Shown: piece by piece, positions 14,479 to 28,731 of the stretch
Numbering within the stretch: the first letter of the stretch is position 1
How the letters are laid out: each line of letters opens with the position of its first letter
Assembly (NCBI GenBank): GCA_012295275.1
Contig: CM022667.1
Coordinates: 3,534,001 to 3,598,000 of the forward strand
Direction: 5' to 3'
Source of the DNA: Chrysomallon squamiferum
Lineage: Eukaryota > Animalia > Mollusca
DNA: 64,000 nt
Translations under genes and position numbers: made by a program
Notes under the pieces: model-generated
The model's database searches: none
What the model was told of the DNA's origin: nothing
Seen by the model: only the letters and a program-made list of their open reading frames with translations

Positions 14479-16729
14479 TTGTCTTCACTTGGTTGTTTTG
14501 TCTTCTCATCAGGAAGTTTTTTTTCATGTTAATATTTGTGAGTTTAATTATCAGTTCATGTATCTTTATTTGATTTGTACATTTCTTTTACAGTTTGTTT
14601 ATTATTTTTGTTTCTATCTTTAAAAATATTTCTTTTCTTTGCCTCACATATCTTTCTCCAGCTCTATCTGTCTCTGTCTCTCTCTCTCTGTAAATAATTG
14701 AAACTGAGCTTTTCTTTAAACTTTATTTTTTTATATTCTTGCATGTAACAATTTTTTTTAATCATATAATCTTTTGACAAACAACAAAATACAATAAATT
14801 AAAAGTTATACTAAAAATTTAAAAATTATATACAAAACTGTTATATTCAGACTTTCTAAATAAAACAAATATTTAAAAAAAAAAAAAAAAAAAATAAAAA
14901 AATTTTCTTTCTAGTCCTGGTACACACATACACACACACATACATACAGCCAAACCCTGTCCAGTGGAATCATTTTTATTTCTTCATAATACGAAACTTG
15001 AATTAATCCAGTTACTTTTTTTTTTTCTTAACTTTCTTTCTTTTCCTTTTTTTTTTTTTTTTTCTTTTCTTTTTCTTTTCACTTTTTCAATAATCCTGTG
15101 ACGTCTTTCTACGAGTTACATTTGGCAAAAACTGTCCCCGTAATCAGTTTATTTATGCACAAAAGACGCAACGCAAGGCAGTACCCCAGATGTGTCGAGC
15201 TTTTTAGTATGCAGGAAATGAAAGAATAATGATTTATTAATAAATCTATCCACTCTTTGAGAGTTCGCAGGCCTTGAGAATGTTTGATTATTTGTCCACT
15301 GACAGAAGGGTGTTTGTCGCTGCAAGTGACACAAAACAGTTGTCGAGTATGTAAATGTGATAAGCAGCGAAAAAGAAACTGGACACAAATTGGAGAAGCC
15401 GCCATCTTGCTAATTGTCATGTGTCATTGTTTTATGAAAATTTACCGATGTGAAATTTTTCTTCGGGAATTTTTATTATTTTTTGATTTCTTTTCTTTTA
15501 TTAGTTTCTTTTTTATACTTTTTTTTTTTTTTTTTTTTTATTTTTTTACAATTTTTTTTGAAAAAATGTTTTGTGAAAAAAAATGATGTGTTTATTTTCT
15601 GCGTAAAAGATGTTTAATTCAAACTCTTCATCATCATCATCATCATTTCTGACTCATTTAAAAAAAAAAATTATTTTATTTTTTTATTTGACTGTATTTA
15701 AATTACAGAGAAAGAAAACACAAATTTTAAATTTTTGTATATTTCAGCAGCCATTTTGTTAAAATAATCTACATCCACAAATTATTGAAGTTTTTTAAGA
15801 AGTAGAATTTGTTTATTAATAAATTTTCAACCTTTCATATCATTCGGCACATACATTTTCTTATAATCATTTTATATTTTAAAAACTTAAAAAGACAAAA
15901 AAAAAAAATAATAATAATAATAACAATAATAATAACAATAATTATTATTATTATCAAAAATGATTCAACAAGATTACGAATTCATTTACCACATTGTCAT
16001 TCTTTAATCAGAAAAAACACTCGTACAGAAAAAAACAACAACACTGTTCTTCTACCACAACCAACCGACACCCCTCCCCCCTCCCCCCACCCCGCCGAAA
16101 ATAATCAAAAAGACAAACAAAACATTTTTAATTAAAATACTTCCACACTTTGCAGTAATTTGCTGTTTCTTTTTATCTCGAGATAAGGCTGCGTATTAAC
16201 CCATATCCCTCATAACCACAACACATGCCAGTTTACGTCATTCTGAAATGTCATAGAGCATTATCAGTCATTTAATACACACACACTGTCCGTGGAACAT
16301 ACCAAACCTTATTTCACAGCAAGTTTTCTTTTCTGTCTTGTCTTGTCTTACTTACTGGCTTCGAGAATATTTTTTTTTTTTTTTTTTTTTTATTTTTTTT
16401 TTTTTTTTTAATTTTTTTTATTTATTTATTATTTGTCTCAGGGATTGTTTGTATTGCTTATGAGGTGAAGTTCTGTATCGTGTTAATGTTCTCGAAGGCA
16501 AAAGAAAGAATGTATGTAAAACTGTTATTGTGGTTGGGTTATATTGTAATCAGTTTCATTGTTATCATTGTCATAATTGACGTTATTAATTATTAGTAGC
16601 AGCAGTGGTGGTGGTGGTGGTGGTAGTTAGAAGTAAAGGTAGTAGTTGTAGCAGTAGCATTGTTAATACTTTAATAATTGTTATTATTACTGTTGCTGTT
16701 GTTGTTGTTATTACTGTGTAGTGTGTGTG

Positions 16730-16770
<41 letters not shown>

Positions 16771-16854
16771 TAGGTATTTTTACCTGTCATTTTACTTTTT
16801 TTTTTTTTTTCTTCATTCTTCTTTCTCATATTCTCTTTTTTCTCTTTAATTCCT

Positions 16855-16860
<6 letters not shown>

Positions 16861-16922
<62 letters not shown>
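16861..16922. repeat. (CT)n microsatellite
   Basis: Read directly. Confidence 0.97.
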
Positions 16923-16926
<4 letters not shown>

Positions 16927-17573
16927 GTCCCTCTCTCCATCCCTCTCTCCCTCCCTCTCCCTCCCTCATCTTAACCATTTAAAACAATAAATTTTTCAGA
17001 CTCAGTTCATATTTTATTAATTAATCTTCTGATGCAACATGGATTGCAGGAAAAATTCTACCTGGTGATTTATTTTCCCATTCCACCCACTGCCCCCGTC
17101 TAATCTAGTTTTCAAAGACGATTGGGTCTCTGAATGTAAAAGTATCCTTAATACTAACACAAACCATGAAATCTTTCTTCTAAAACAAAAACAAAAATTG
17201 CTACCTATTTTAATTGGTTCGTGGTAGAAAATTAATCAGTATTATCAAACTGTGTGTTTAAATGAAACAGATTGTAACTAACTAAATCTCGTACGTTTTT
17301 CTTTTCGGTTACAAAAATAACATTGAAATTCTATTCTCTTTGTGCAGAAGAAGCCAATTAAAATTATCATATTTTGATATATATGTCTAACTTCCTTTTC
17401 CATGATTAATTATTCATTTATCAAACTGGACTGAAAGGAAAAAAACCATGATTATGAAGAAATTTATTTTTAAAAAAAAAAAAATCTTACGATTACAGTT
17501 AGGTAAACGTGATTTACCTTTTAGATAACGAATCTCTCGTTAACACACTTTTATATAGATAATTGGTACACCT

Positions 17574-17585
17574 TGACACCTGTCA
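17574..17585. promoter_or_regulatory. TALE homeodomain (PKNOX/MEIS/TGIF-type) dimer site
   Basis: TGACACCTGTCA is the reverse complement of TGACAGGTGTCA and is followed immediately by TTAATTAA. Confidence 0.4.
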
Positions 17586-17972
17586 TTAATTAAGATGAAA
17601 TTGTTACCTTATATTTCTCTATCTCTCCCTCTCTCCCTTTTTCTCTCTCTCTCTCTCTTTCTCTCTCTCTTCAGTTACGTCCTTTTTTTTTTTTTCAGTT
17701 AAATATATATATATTTTTTTACCTATCAACTAATGATAATTAAGCGATGTGGTGTATGTGTGACGATGTTTGTCACAGTGAAATATAGATGTTGTGGTTA
17801 TTGATCGATGTTGCAGAGGATTAAGAAATGAAATCAACATAAGCCATGGTGTATGTTGTCAGACTTGTGTTAAAAAAAAAAAAAACACAGAACTAATTGG
17901 TTGGAGATTTTTTAAAGAAAACAAAATATATTTGTGTGTAAGTTATCAGTGCTGTTATTTATTTTGTTTCTC

Positions 17973-18005
<33 letters not shown>

Positions 18006-21000
18006 TGCTGTTATTGTTTCAGTTATTAATGTTATCATATTATTTATTTTATCGTTACACTGTTATTATTATTATTATTATTATTGCGATTTTTATTATT
18101 ATTATTGCATTAACATAATCATTATCATTATTATTATTATTTATCATTATTATTATTATCATCATTGTTATTATTATTATTTCTCAAATTTGAAAATATG
18201 TTTCTGCTTACTCTAAACTCCGAGATGTTGTGTTAAAACTGAGAAAACTGACTTGAAAATATAATCTTTGAATGTCTATATATATATATATATATATATA
18301 TCAGTGCATCAACACATCCATCCATCATTTGTCCTTCCATTCATCCATCCATCCATCCATCTATCCTTCTGTCCTTCCATCCATGCATCTGTTTATCTGT
18401 CCAACTGTGAACATGTTACAAACTTGAGGTCAAAATGATATATTTAAATAGTTTAGAAATTAATTCGGTTTAATGTTTATCTCGCAAACACTGATCCCCA
18501 GCGACAAAATGTCATGATCTGAATTCGTAGGAAGTTTCTAATTAAGATGATTAATTAATTGTAATAATAACAACTTAACAAGTTGAAAATCACAGGATCC
18601 ATTAATAACAGCATTAATAATAATAATAATAATAGTAATAATAATAATGATGTTGTTGTTGTTGGTGGTGGTGGTGGTGGTGTTGGTGTTACAGTTATCA
18701 CACTGTCATTGTAGTTGTTATCATTGTTGATCTGTTTTGTTGTTGTTTCAATTTAAAAAAAAAAAAAAAGGAAAGTTTATAAATGTTGTATATGAGAGGA
18801 AAGTTTTACAATTTTGTTCTATATTCTTGTTTATTTTTAATAATTTGTTTTATGTTTTTTGATTAAAGGAACAAAAATTTAAATAAAAAAGTATGTTAAT
18901 AATAATAAAAGTGATAATTAAAACAATAAAGGTGATGATGATGATGATGATGGTAGTGGAATAGTGATACGACAAACAATAAAAAAAAACATATTTTAAA
19001 AAATTTGAAAAATTTAATAATTCTAATAATAATAATCATCATCATCATCATAATCATAATAATAATCATAATGCTAATAAATAATCATAATAATGATAAT
19101 AATAACAAAAATAAGTATTGTAATAAAAAACAACAACAACAACAACAACAATAACAATAATGACAAACTGAAAAAAGAGGAAACTAAAAATAATAAAAAA
19201 TAAAAAATAAAAACGTTTCTTTTAAAAAAAAAAAACAATAATAAAAAGTAATAATAACGATGATAATGATGATGAGCATAATTTGTCGGATGTATGGGGT
19301 TAAACTGCTAATGTCTGTCTGTCTGTACGTAATGCTGACCTTTATGCATCCACAGATAATTAATTTTGATTGATGAAAATGTTCGTTTCCTGTGAATTAA
19401 CGTCTTCCTGCTAATAACTGACTTAACACATATTGCCGTGACGTTGGTGACAATGGTGATGATGATGATGATAACATCCGGCAAAAATTAAAAGTCAAAT
19501 ACTAACAATACATAATTTTAGAATTTTATTTTTTAATTTTTTTTTTTTTTTTTTGGTTTCGATTTGCTGTGGAGTACTTAGTATGTTATGTTACAAATTA
19601 AAAAGATGTATGTATGTATGTCTGTATGTATGTATGGGGGTGTGTTTGTATGTTTGTTCTGTTTATCTATGTGTCTATATGTCTGTATATTTTTGTATCT
19701 GTATGTATGTGTGTGTGTGTGTGTGGGTAATTATAGTTTGTTTTCAATCTTATTTTTATTCTTAAAATAAATAGAAGCAGTTAGTCTATAAATATTTTTT
19801 TTAAATGGGAAAATCAATTCTGAACCCAAATGGACATCTTGTAATGAAAGCAATAATGGACTTTTTTCAGTGCACCTTCTCAGTCATTGGAAAAAACATA
19901 AGAGTGTTCTTGTGTTGGTGATAAATTTTTGTTTCAATACATTTTGTATTGTAAAGATGTTTACTTGATACTTGTGATAATAAACCTTTGTTAATAATAA
20001 AGTAAGAAATCTGCACAGACTCGATCTTGTATGGAGATTCAGTTCTAATCTTAATTTTTAGAATTCCTTGAAGTGCAAATAATATTTCATATTTTAATAT
20101 TCAAAAGTCATACAAGTAATTTTACTATTTTAAACAACACTTACGCAGATAGTCATGTTTTGGAGGGTTGGTTATTATTATTATTTTTTTTTTTTTTTTT
20201 TTATTTATTAATTCATAATTGTGGACTTACTTTTATTGCTTGTAATAATTTTGTAGACTAATGTTTATATAATATTAATTATGTACGTGTAGAAAAAAAC
20301 AACTGAATTTTCTTTTGACCAATGTTGATCTTTTTCTTATAAATTTAGTCAAAGTGGGAGACTTGTCTGACTTTTTTTCTTTTTCTTTTTCTTTTTTACT
20401 TATCTTAATCAGCATTGCTTTTATATTTTTCTTTCTTTTAACTGTTCATTGTTTAAAAGTTGACTAGAAGTGTTGCAGAAGTGAGAACAAAAACAGGAAA
20501 AACCTATGTAGACGTGTGTGTGTGGTGTTTTTTTTAACAATATCTGATAACAAACACCTGTATAAAAATATACAGGTATGTTTTACAATAACTGAATTAT
20601 AGGTATTGCCTCATTATAATAAATGAGAAATCAAAACCTCAATAGATAACGAAGAAAAAAAAAATTCCAATTTACAACCTGTTTCATTTTTATGGTATAG
20701 TTAAAATGTTAACTAGGGTGGATGGGGGGGAAACAAAAGATTAAATATATATATATATATAATGAAAGAAATTGACGAAAAATGAGCTGAAATGAGAGAT
20801 GTAAAAAAAAAATGTAAACGATATTGTTGCTTTGAGTAAAGTAATTTTCTTTTTCTTAATTATTTCAAATTTCAAACTGATCTGTTTATATATTCTTCGA
20901 CCACATACAAATGCTAATTTAATTAAATAAATATAATATTGGCTTTCTTTCGAATCGGCACATAATTATAATATCATTTTACGACCGCATAAAATTTCTT

Positions 21001-21362
21001 CACTTCAAAAACGCAATTTATTTACGTGCTTTTTACACACTTAACAGGTTCGAATTCGCCAAAAATCAGATATGTATTTTAAACGTTAATTGAAATCTAA
21101 AACACTGAGCCCGCAAAACCGTTTTTCACACCTCAGCCCCAACCGTTCAAACAAGAAAGTGAGTTTTCAAAACCTCGGCTGAAATTAAAAACATCCAAAT
21201 GTGGATCTTCAAAACATTATTTAGTGCCGGTTTCACACCGTTGGTGAAATAGAACTTTCTGGAGACTAATAGAAATTTCAGAAACTTGGGAATAAAAGTT
21301 AAATTGGTATTTTAAACTTTGAGTCGGAATGTCCAGGTGTGTAGTGAGGACCTTTTCTCACA

Positions 21363-21396
<34 letters not shown>

Positions 21397-23810
21397 CATT
21401 AAATAAGAAATTAACTTGATATTTTTCTCCTTCAAACAATATTTCTGAATTTTTTTTCTTCTGAGAAATAACTTATTCAGAAATTTGAACGCATGTTGAA
21501 ATTTTCAGAATAAAAAGTCTCAGCATATTGAATGAATTACATTATTAAACATACTTTGTTTTTATTTTTTAACAATTTTTTCAAGTGTATCAGTATATTC
21601 CTTTAAGATGGGATTATTATTATTAATTCAAACACACATGCAAACACACAAACACATAAATACACACATAATTACAAACTCACAGAGAAATGCACAAACA
21701 CAAACACATAATTTTTTATTCACTGAATCATTTTAATACAAATTAACAATAAATAATTCAGATTTATTTATTTAAACACTTTTAAAAAAAACAAATATAA
21801 CCTAATCAAATAATTATTTATTTTTATCAGAGACAAGTGAAGGAATATTCAACTAATGAAAAACCCAAAACTTTTTTTTTTTTGTTGTTGTTGTTGTAAA
21901 TGTTTGAAGTTTTAAAAACGTTAAATGACAACTGGCAATAATCATCCTGAAGGAGATGAGCAGTGTTGATTCAAGACAAATTCATCCCGAGAGTTCAGAT
22001 TGTGATATTTACAGACAAAATGAAGAATTTACCGATACCCATGGAAACAATTAAGCAGCAGTGTCACCATGTTTTTGCACATTGTTAAAATATGGAATTC
22101 GGAATTTTCGTTCTTTCTTCTTTCTTCTTCTTCCACCTCTCACTGTCTGCCAATTTGCCGGTCTGCAATTTCTCCTCTGTTTTATCAGCTCGGTTTTGTC
22201 TCTCACTTGTAATCAGAGCAGCACTGAATCCAGAGGGTGAGAAATGAATGAAAATTAATATCACATTTTCGTTCAGTTGAACTGATGATGTTGTTGTTGT
22301 GTGTGTGGATTAAAAATTTAAAAATTGTTTACTTCATTCATCTTCACCCACTTATCTCACTGTCACATTTGAATGGGATTTGAAGTCATCATTGTAACTG
22401 TTTAAAAATTATTTAATTCATTCTTTTTATTTTATTTTTTTGTTTTTCTCTCTCTTTTTCACTTTATTTGTCCCTTTTATCTGGTTTTTTTTTTTTTTTT
22501 TTTTTTTTTTTTCTCTGTTTCACTTTCTTTGTCTTCGTGATATTTGGATTGAAGACAAATTATTATTAATACAACGTCGTCTGTTTAATCTCACCCATCT
22601 CTTTTTTTCTGTCTCTGTCCATTTCTTTGTCTCTCTCTGATTATTTGTGTCTGTTTTGCATTATTTCTCTCTTTCTCTGTCTGTCCTTATCTTTTTTTCT
22701 TTTTCTTCCACCTTTCAAAGAACACAGTTGAGTACAGTTAAATACACACACACACACACACTATAAACACACAAACACACAGTCAAACTCAATACACAAA
22801 CATACATACATATATATATACATTTATAGATATATGTGGGTTTGTGTTTATATATATATATGTATGTATGTATATATATGTATATGTACACTCCAGACAC
22901 ACACAGACAGACACACATATATTATTTTTATATGAATTATAAAAGTATCTATGCATGTGCAGTATACCTGCAGTATAAACAGAACTTGTATAAGACTACG
23001 TATCACTGCAACACGTCTGTCTGTCTGTCTGTCTGTCTATGTGTGTGGCTGGCTGGCTTTCTTTTCATGCAGGCAGATAAAGATCAAACATGGCAGTTAT
23101 TAAAACCTCCTGCATGTTCTGTGTGTGTTTATCGTGACACATGTTTCGCTGGACAGGAATAAACCTGCACCCTCGCGCGCTGCCGAAACACACCATTAAT
23201 GTCAAACACAATTCCAGCCGCAGTTATTCGATTGGAAGGCAAGTTTTTGCTATCAGCCGAAAAATTACTTTGCATAAAACAAAATCGCCGGCTTTATTAG
23301 CGTTTTATAGCCAGCATCTTTCTTAATAAACAGTTATTTGCAGGGATTAAATAAAACATGGCTTAAAACGAAATCCCCCGACGTTCGCCTCGGCAATCTG
23401 AATTTCAAATTCATCAAGTTAATGATCTTTGTATACGGAGGTATAAAGTCCTCTCGCTGCTGACTGCTGCTGTAAATTATAATTTTAAACCTTTTACTTA
23501 CACAATTTACATTTCATACATACTGCTATTAGGCCGGGCAAGTCTTTTCGCTTTGTCTTTTTATTTTAATAAGTCGTTAAACAGCGAGATGTTTTTCTTT
23601 CTTTGTTTCATCTTTCTTCTTGCTTTGTTTTTTTTTTTTTTTTTTTTTTTTTTTTTGTTATTCAACATTCCTGAATGATGATGATGTGTTGCTGGTCTCT
23701 GTGTGTTTGAAATGAAAGTGATGGATTTACAATTAGACAACTAAAAAGAAAAAAAAAAAAAAGAGAGAGAGAGAGAGATAACAGCTGTGTAATGAATAAC
23801 TGGATGTTAT

Positions 23811-24279
23811 TGAATTAGTTTTATTATGCAGCACTTGTTGGAATGGGATATATATACAGCATGTTCTTACAAATACATTATTAAATCAGTTTTATTATGC
23901 AGCACTTGTTGGAATGGGATATATATACAGCATGTTCTTACAAATACATTATTAAATCAGTTTTACTATGCAGCACTTGTTGGAATGGGATATATATACA
24001 GCATGTTCTTACAAATACATTATTAAATCAGTGTTATTATGCAGCACTTGTTGGAATGGGATATATACAGCATGTTCTTACAATACATTAATAAATCAGT
24101 GTTATTATGCAGCACTTGTTGGAATGAGATATATATACAGCATGTTCTTACAGTACATTAATAAATCAGTGTTATTATGCAGCACTTGTTGGAATGGGAT
24201 ATATATACAGCATGTTCTTACAATGCATTATTAAATCAGTGTTATTATGCAGCACTTGTTGGAATGGGATATAAACAGC
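23811..24279. repeat. Homogeneous 68-71 bp minisatellite, 6 full units plus a partial 7th
   Basis: Unit TTATTATGCAGCACTTGTTGGAATGGGATATATATACAGCATGTTCTTACAAATACATTATTAAATCAGTK. Core starts at 23828, 23899, 23970, 24041, 24109, 24179, 24249. Confidence 0.97.
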
Positions 24280-26447
24280 ATTAACAGATCAAAAAGCACT
24301 GAACCAGTGGGTTTTGATTTTATTTGATTTCTTGATATTTCTAGTAAGAATTCATTGGAACATTATATTATACTCTCTCACTGACTAGATGAAAAATCAT
24401 TCTCTGGTATTGTGATCCAGTTTCTGCATTGGTTGGAATTGGATATTACATTATAACGATAACATTTGATCATTTCGTTTATGTTGTTATAGCAGATTAC
24501 TACTTGTTTGATACTGAAGGCAGATTATGATGGTTGATTACCAGTAATAATAAATTAAATTATAAAGTGACATTTAAAGATACACAACTGACCTTAAGGA
24601 GAATTTAATATCTTTATCTTTTTTAATTTTTAATTATTATTATTATTATTATTACTTTTTTTTTTTTTTTTTTTTTTTTTTGCACAATTTATTCAAAATT
24701 CATCTGAAGAAAAAAAAATATCATTAGACAAACATTATTATTATTATTATTATTATTATTTATTTTCCTGATTATATATACTTAATTCTGATTGGAAGTT
24801 AATAAACAGAGATTGCGTGTAATTGAGCCTGGTTTTAATTTTTTGTCCTCCCACTGCCAGTTATTTGCATAACTGATATCTAAAAACATCAAATCACAAT
24901 TATTTTCCATCACTTTTAAAAGAAGAAACAGAAAAAAAAAAAAAAAAAAAACCCACCAAATTCTGTCTTTTGTCTTTGGATGGAGTTTAACAAGTAGCTT
25001 TAGGGGAGATCACTCTATTGTGGACAATTATGTGGGGAGGGCGCTGCATTGTTCAAGAATTTTAAAAGTTTTTTTGAGATCAGTTAGATATATCTATAAA
25101 AGATATTACTATTATTATTATTTCTTTATTTCTTGTAGTTTTTTATTGATTTTGTTGATTTAGTATTTTATTTTATTTTGTTATTTAATTTTAATTTGTA
25201 TATTTAATCAATTGCTGAATTTGATACTTCTTTTAAACTGAATTTGAAAATCTAAAACACATTTAGAGGGGAGATCATTCTAATGTTAAAATTTCAAAGG
25301 GAGATAAGTATCCATTTGACCTTTAGAGATTTGTGTGATATTGACCGATCATTGTGAATGTGACTCAATACATGTATTGGATTATGTAAGCTCTTCATTT
25401 GAAGAAGAAGATAAAAAGAAAACGATATCTGAAAAGGGAAAAAAAAAATTGGATAATTTGGGTTTTAATTATGACCAGAACAAATCATTAATCATTAATA
25501 TCCATTATCTTAACCCAAGCCATAATCGTAAATTATCTTCTTTTTCTTCTTTCTTTCTTTCTTTTTTATTTTTTTAAATCAATTAAAAAATATAATAATA
25601 AATCTAATCTTCCTGCTTTCTGTTTATGCATGCAATTAAGATCTTCTTCCTTGTATTAAAGCTTTCGAGAAGTGTTTGCCCAATTTCTTCGGGGAAAAAA
25701 CGAAATATGATATTTGTTAAGAGATGCAAGGCACTCAGTAACAGCTGATTGTGCATAACAGTGAACCAGTTGTCACTCACTCAATCAATCGTTTCTTTCG
25801 TGCATTTATTTGTTGACAAACCCAGGTCACCATTTCTTAACACACTCAATCCCTTGTTACAACCACCACCACCATCACCACTCCTCAGAAATCAAAAAAA
25901 AAAAAAAAAAACATATTTAAAATTTCTTCTTCTTCTTCTTCATTCTTCTTCTTTTTTTTTTTTTTTTTTCAAATATCTCACAACTAATGCATTTATGAGT
26001 TTGCATAGTAATTAGAAATTAGCGTGCCTTGGATCAATATTTTTCTTTGAAAGCGTAATGGTGCCATCTTGAATCGACACTGATGGTAATAAGTATGCGA
26101 TGTAATTTTTGGCAGACGAGAGGGTTAATGTGAAGAACATAATTACTGCAGTGGCACCGTGGCAGAATTTATGCCTTTTGGGCAGAATCTCTTTAGCAGT
26201 GAGCTTTATGGTTTGGCCACTAAGTGACATTAAAAAGTGCGATGAGAGACCGAGGAGAGAAAGAGAAAAAGCGAAGAGAAACTGCATGTTGTAAAAGTGA
26301 TTACTCCGCATACCCCCATCTTGACACTGCTTGCCCCCGCTTGTGAACACACACACACACATGAAAGGGGGAAAAGAGCCATTCGCAAACATAAATATGG
26401 AAATATATCGTCGCGTTTGATCTCTGGTCATTGAAGAGGTAGGCCGG

Positions 26448-26545
26448 TGGACCAGCGTGTTGTGGTAATTATTGCTAATTACCGTCTGCCCCTCCGTCTG
26501 TTATGCATTCTACTGGGGTCAGAGGTCGCGGGTTCGAGTCCAGTT
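26448..26545 (+). mobile_element. Possible tRNA-derived SINE head remnant (Pol III B-box)
   Basis: AGGTC-GCGGG-TTCGAGT-CCAGT resembles a tRNA variable loop plus T-arm, with a perfect B-box GGTTCGAGTCC at 26531-26541. A weak A-box-like TGGACCAGCGTG lies at 26448. No cloverleaf can be folded. Confidence 0.3.
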
Positions 26546-26700
26546 AGTGGACGTTTTCAATACGGATTTGCAATAAACAGTTTGTCGTAGACTCTTCGGG
26601 ATGTGATGTGTTTGTTTGTGTTGGTCCGATTTTTCGAACTTTCTGATTCGGTACATGTTGAGTGTGTTAAAAAGATTCTGGTGAAGAAGTAATTAATAGT

Positions 26701-26719
26701 GTGTGTCTGTCTGTGTGTC

Positions 26720-26760
<41 letters not shown>

Positions 26761-26793
26761 CTGTGTGTCTGTCTGTGTGTCTGTCTGTGTGTC

Positions 26794-26859
<66 letters not shown>

Positions 26860-26860
26860 T
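26701..26860. repeat. (TG)n/(TCTG) microsatellite
   Basis: Read directly. Confidence 0.96.
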
Positions 26861-27702
26861 GTAAAAGATTAAATAGGATTTTTTTATGTTTATGTAAGTA
26901 TTGATATATGTGCATATGTGCATAAGTGCAAATGTGCATTCATTCATGTGTGTGTGTGTGTGTGTGTGTGTGTGATAAGAAAGAGAGAGAGAGAGTATAT
27001 ATATTTTTATGAATGTACTGTCTGTTATCCATAAAATTTGAATAATTAATTAATTAATTAACAAAATTAAACTATTTTTGCATAATTAATAAACAATAAT
27101 TGTTGTATATTATTAGCCTTTCTAGTAAAAAAAAATTTGTTTTTAATAAATTAATTAATTAATAACCAATGCATATTATTTTTTTTTTTTTCAAAGCACA
27201 TATAAAATATTTTTACTCTTATTATTTTATAACATTTTAAATTTATTTTTAAAATTTAAAAAAAAAATAATAATAATTTAAAAATGTATAATTATTATCA
27301 TAACTTTAACATTAAAAATGTTTGCACTATAAACACTATTAAAATAAATAACAAAAAAAAAAAAAAAAAAAAAAATAAAAAAAAAAAAAAAAAAAAAAAT
27401 CAACACTCTATATATTGAAAGAAAACAAAAACACCTCAAATGAGAAGACAATTTTTTTTTTTTTTTCAAAAACAAAAATTAAATGAATAAAGAACAATAA
27501 AAACACATTCATTACGACAAAAAAAAAAAAAACCAACCAACTAACTATTAACTTTGATCACATCTAGACAAGAAATCCATTTTACTGCACATGAAAACTT
27601 TGGACAAACATCTCGACAAAGACTCTAAAATGTGATAAATATCTCATTAACTCCGACTTAAGAAAAGACAGAAACTTTTCAGGCCATCATTTCCAGCCAA
27701 AA

Positions 27703-27738
27703 CCGACCCAACCCGACCCAACCCGACCCAACCCGACC
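27703..27738 (-). repeat. (GGGTTGGGTC)n decamer repeat, G-quadruplex-competent
   Basis: Six CCC tracts on + at 5-nt period (27707-27734). Confidence 0.8.
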
Positions 27739-28478
27739 ACACAATGAAAAAAAAAGTGTTTGACTCTTGATAATCAAGGCCCCACCTCTTTTGCTAGGTG
27801 GGTAATTACTGTCCATTGTTTGTCGCACACACGAATAGCGGGGAGGGTTTATCTTGGTCACTGGTATTACCGCTTTTTATCTGCTGCTATGGCTTCTTAG
27901 GCCCCTGTGCAATAATTAATCATTTCATTAGTTTTTGGGACAGAAGTGCTCAACGACTCAAACCTGATCACAGTGAAGGTGTGTGTAGGTTTCTCTTTTT
28001 TTTATAATATATATATTATATCCTTCCAACAAACTCCTCTGTCTGTGAGAGTGTTTGTGTATTATATACTTTATATAGTGGATTGCTGTTAGATATCTGC
28101 GTTATTTGATGTGGTGAAGATATCTCGCTGTGGATGACTGTCGCCTGGAACAAGGTAAAATAAGTTTTGATTATGGCAGAGAAATTAGTTACTCTCCGGA
28201 AAGCTTAAAGTGGGTCACACACTTGTACACACACACATACGCTCTGGTGTGGCTTGGTGAGTGAGAAAGGTGGGTGAGAGGGAGAGGTGAGAGAGAGGAG
28301 AGAGTTAGGGAGGGAGAGTTTTAATTATTATTGTTGTTGTTATAATATTATTGATGTTGTTGTCGTGATTATTGGTAATTGCTGTTGTTGTTTTTGTGAT
28401 TATTGTTCTTTTTGTTGTTAGTTGTTATAGTTGTTGAATAATAATCTTAATGATAAAAATGATAATGATGATAATGAT

Positions 28479-28521
<43 letters not shown>

Positions 28522-28660
28522 GTTAATTGCAGTGGTATTACCAATTATCATGCCATTATTATTTATTTTATTATCATCACCATTATTATTACAATTATCA
28601 AATTGTTTTCATTCTTTTCATGATTATTAACATTATTAATTATTATATTTATTATTATTA

Positions 28661-28691
<31 letters not shown>

Positions 28692-28695
28692 GTTG

Positions 28696-28731
<36 letters not shown>

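Noticed and set aside
19820-20005. 3'UTR- or LINE-tail-like segment with two AATAAA
   Set aside because: AATAAA is ubiquitous in this AT-rich window, and there is no upstream ORF or poly-A tail to support it.
21955-22053. Short ORF MSSVDSRQIHPESSDCDIYRQNEEFTDTHGNN with coding-like composition
   Set aside because: Only 32 codons, no convincing splice boundaries, no recognisable homology.
23811-24279. Regular repeat array as a CRISPR array or repeat protein (MQHLLEWDIY ORFs)
   Set aside because: Units are contiguous with no unique spacers, there are no cas genes and the context is eukaryotic. The 68-71 bp unit does not preserve frame.
24382-24390. TGACTAGAT matching the miR-279 5' end
   Set aside because: Only 9 nt match and no upstream complementary arm.
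26441-26552. Intact tRNA gene
   Set aside because: Only a T-arm/B-box is present. Acceptor and anticodon stems do not pair and A-B box spacing is too long.
28093-28154. AG..GT bounded 62-nt segment as a coding exon
   Set aside because: Stops in all three frames and a weak polypyrimidine tract.
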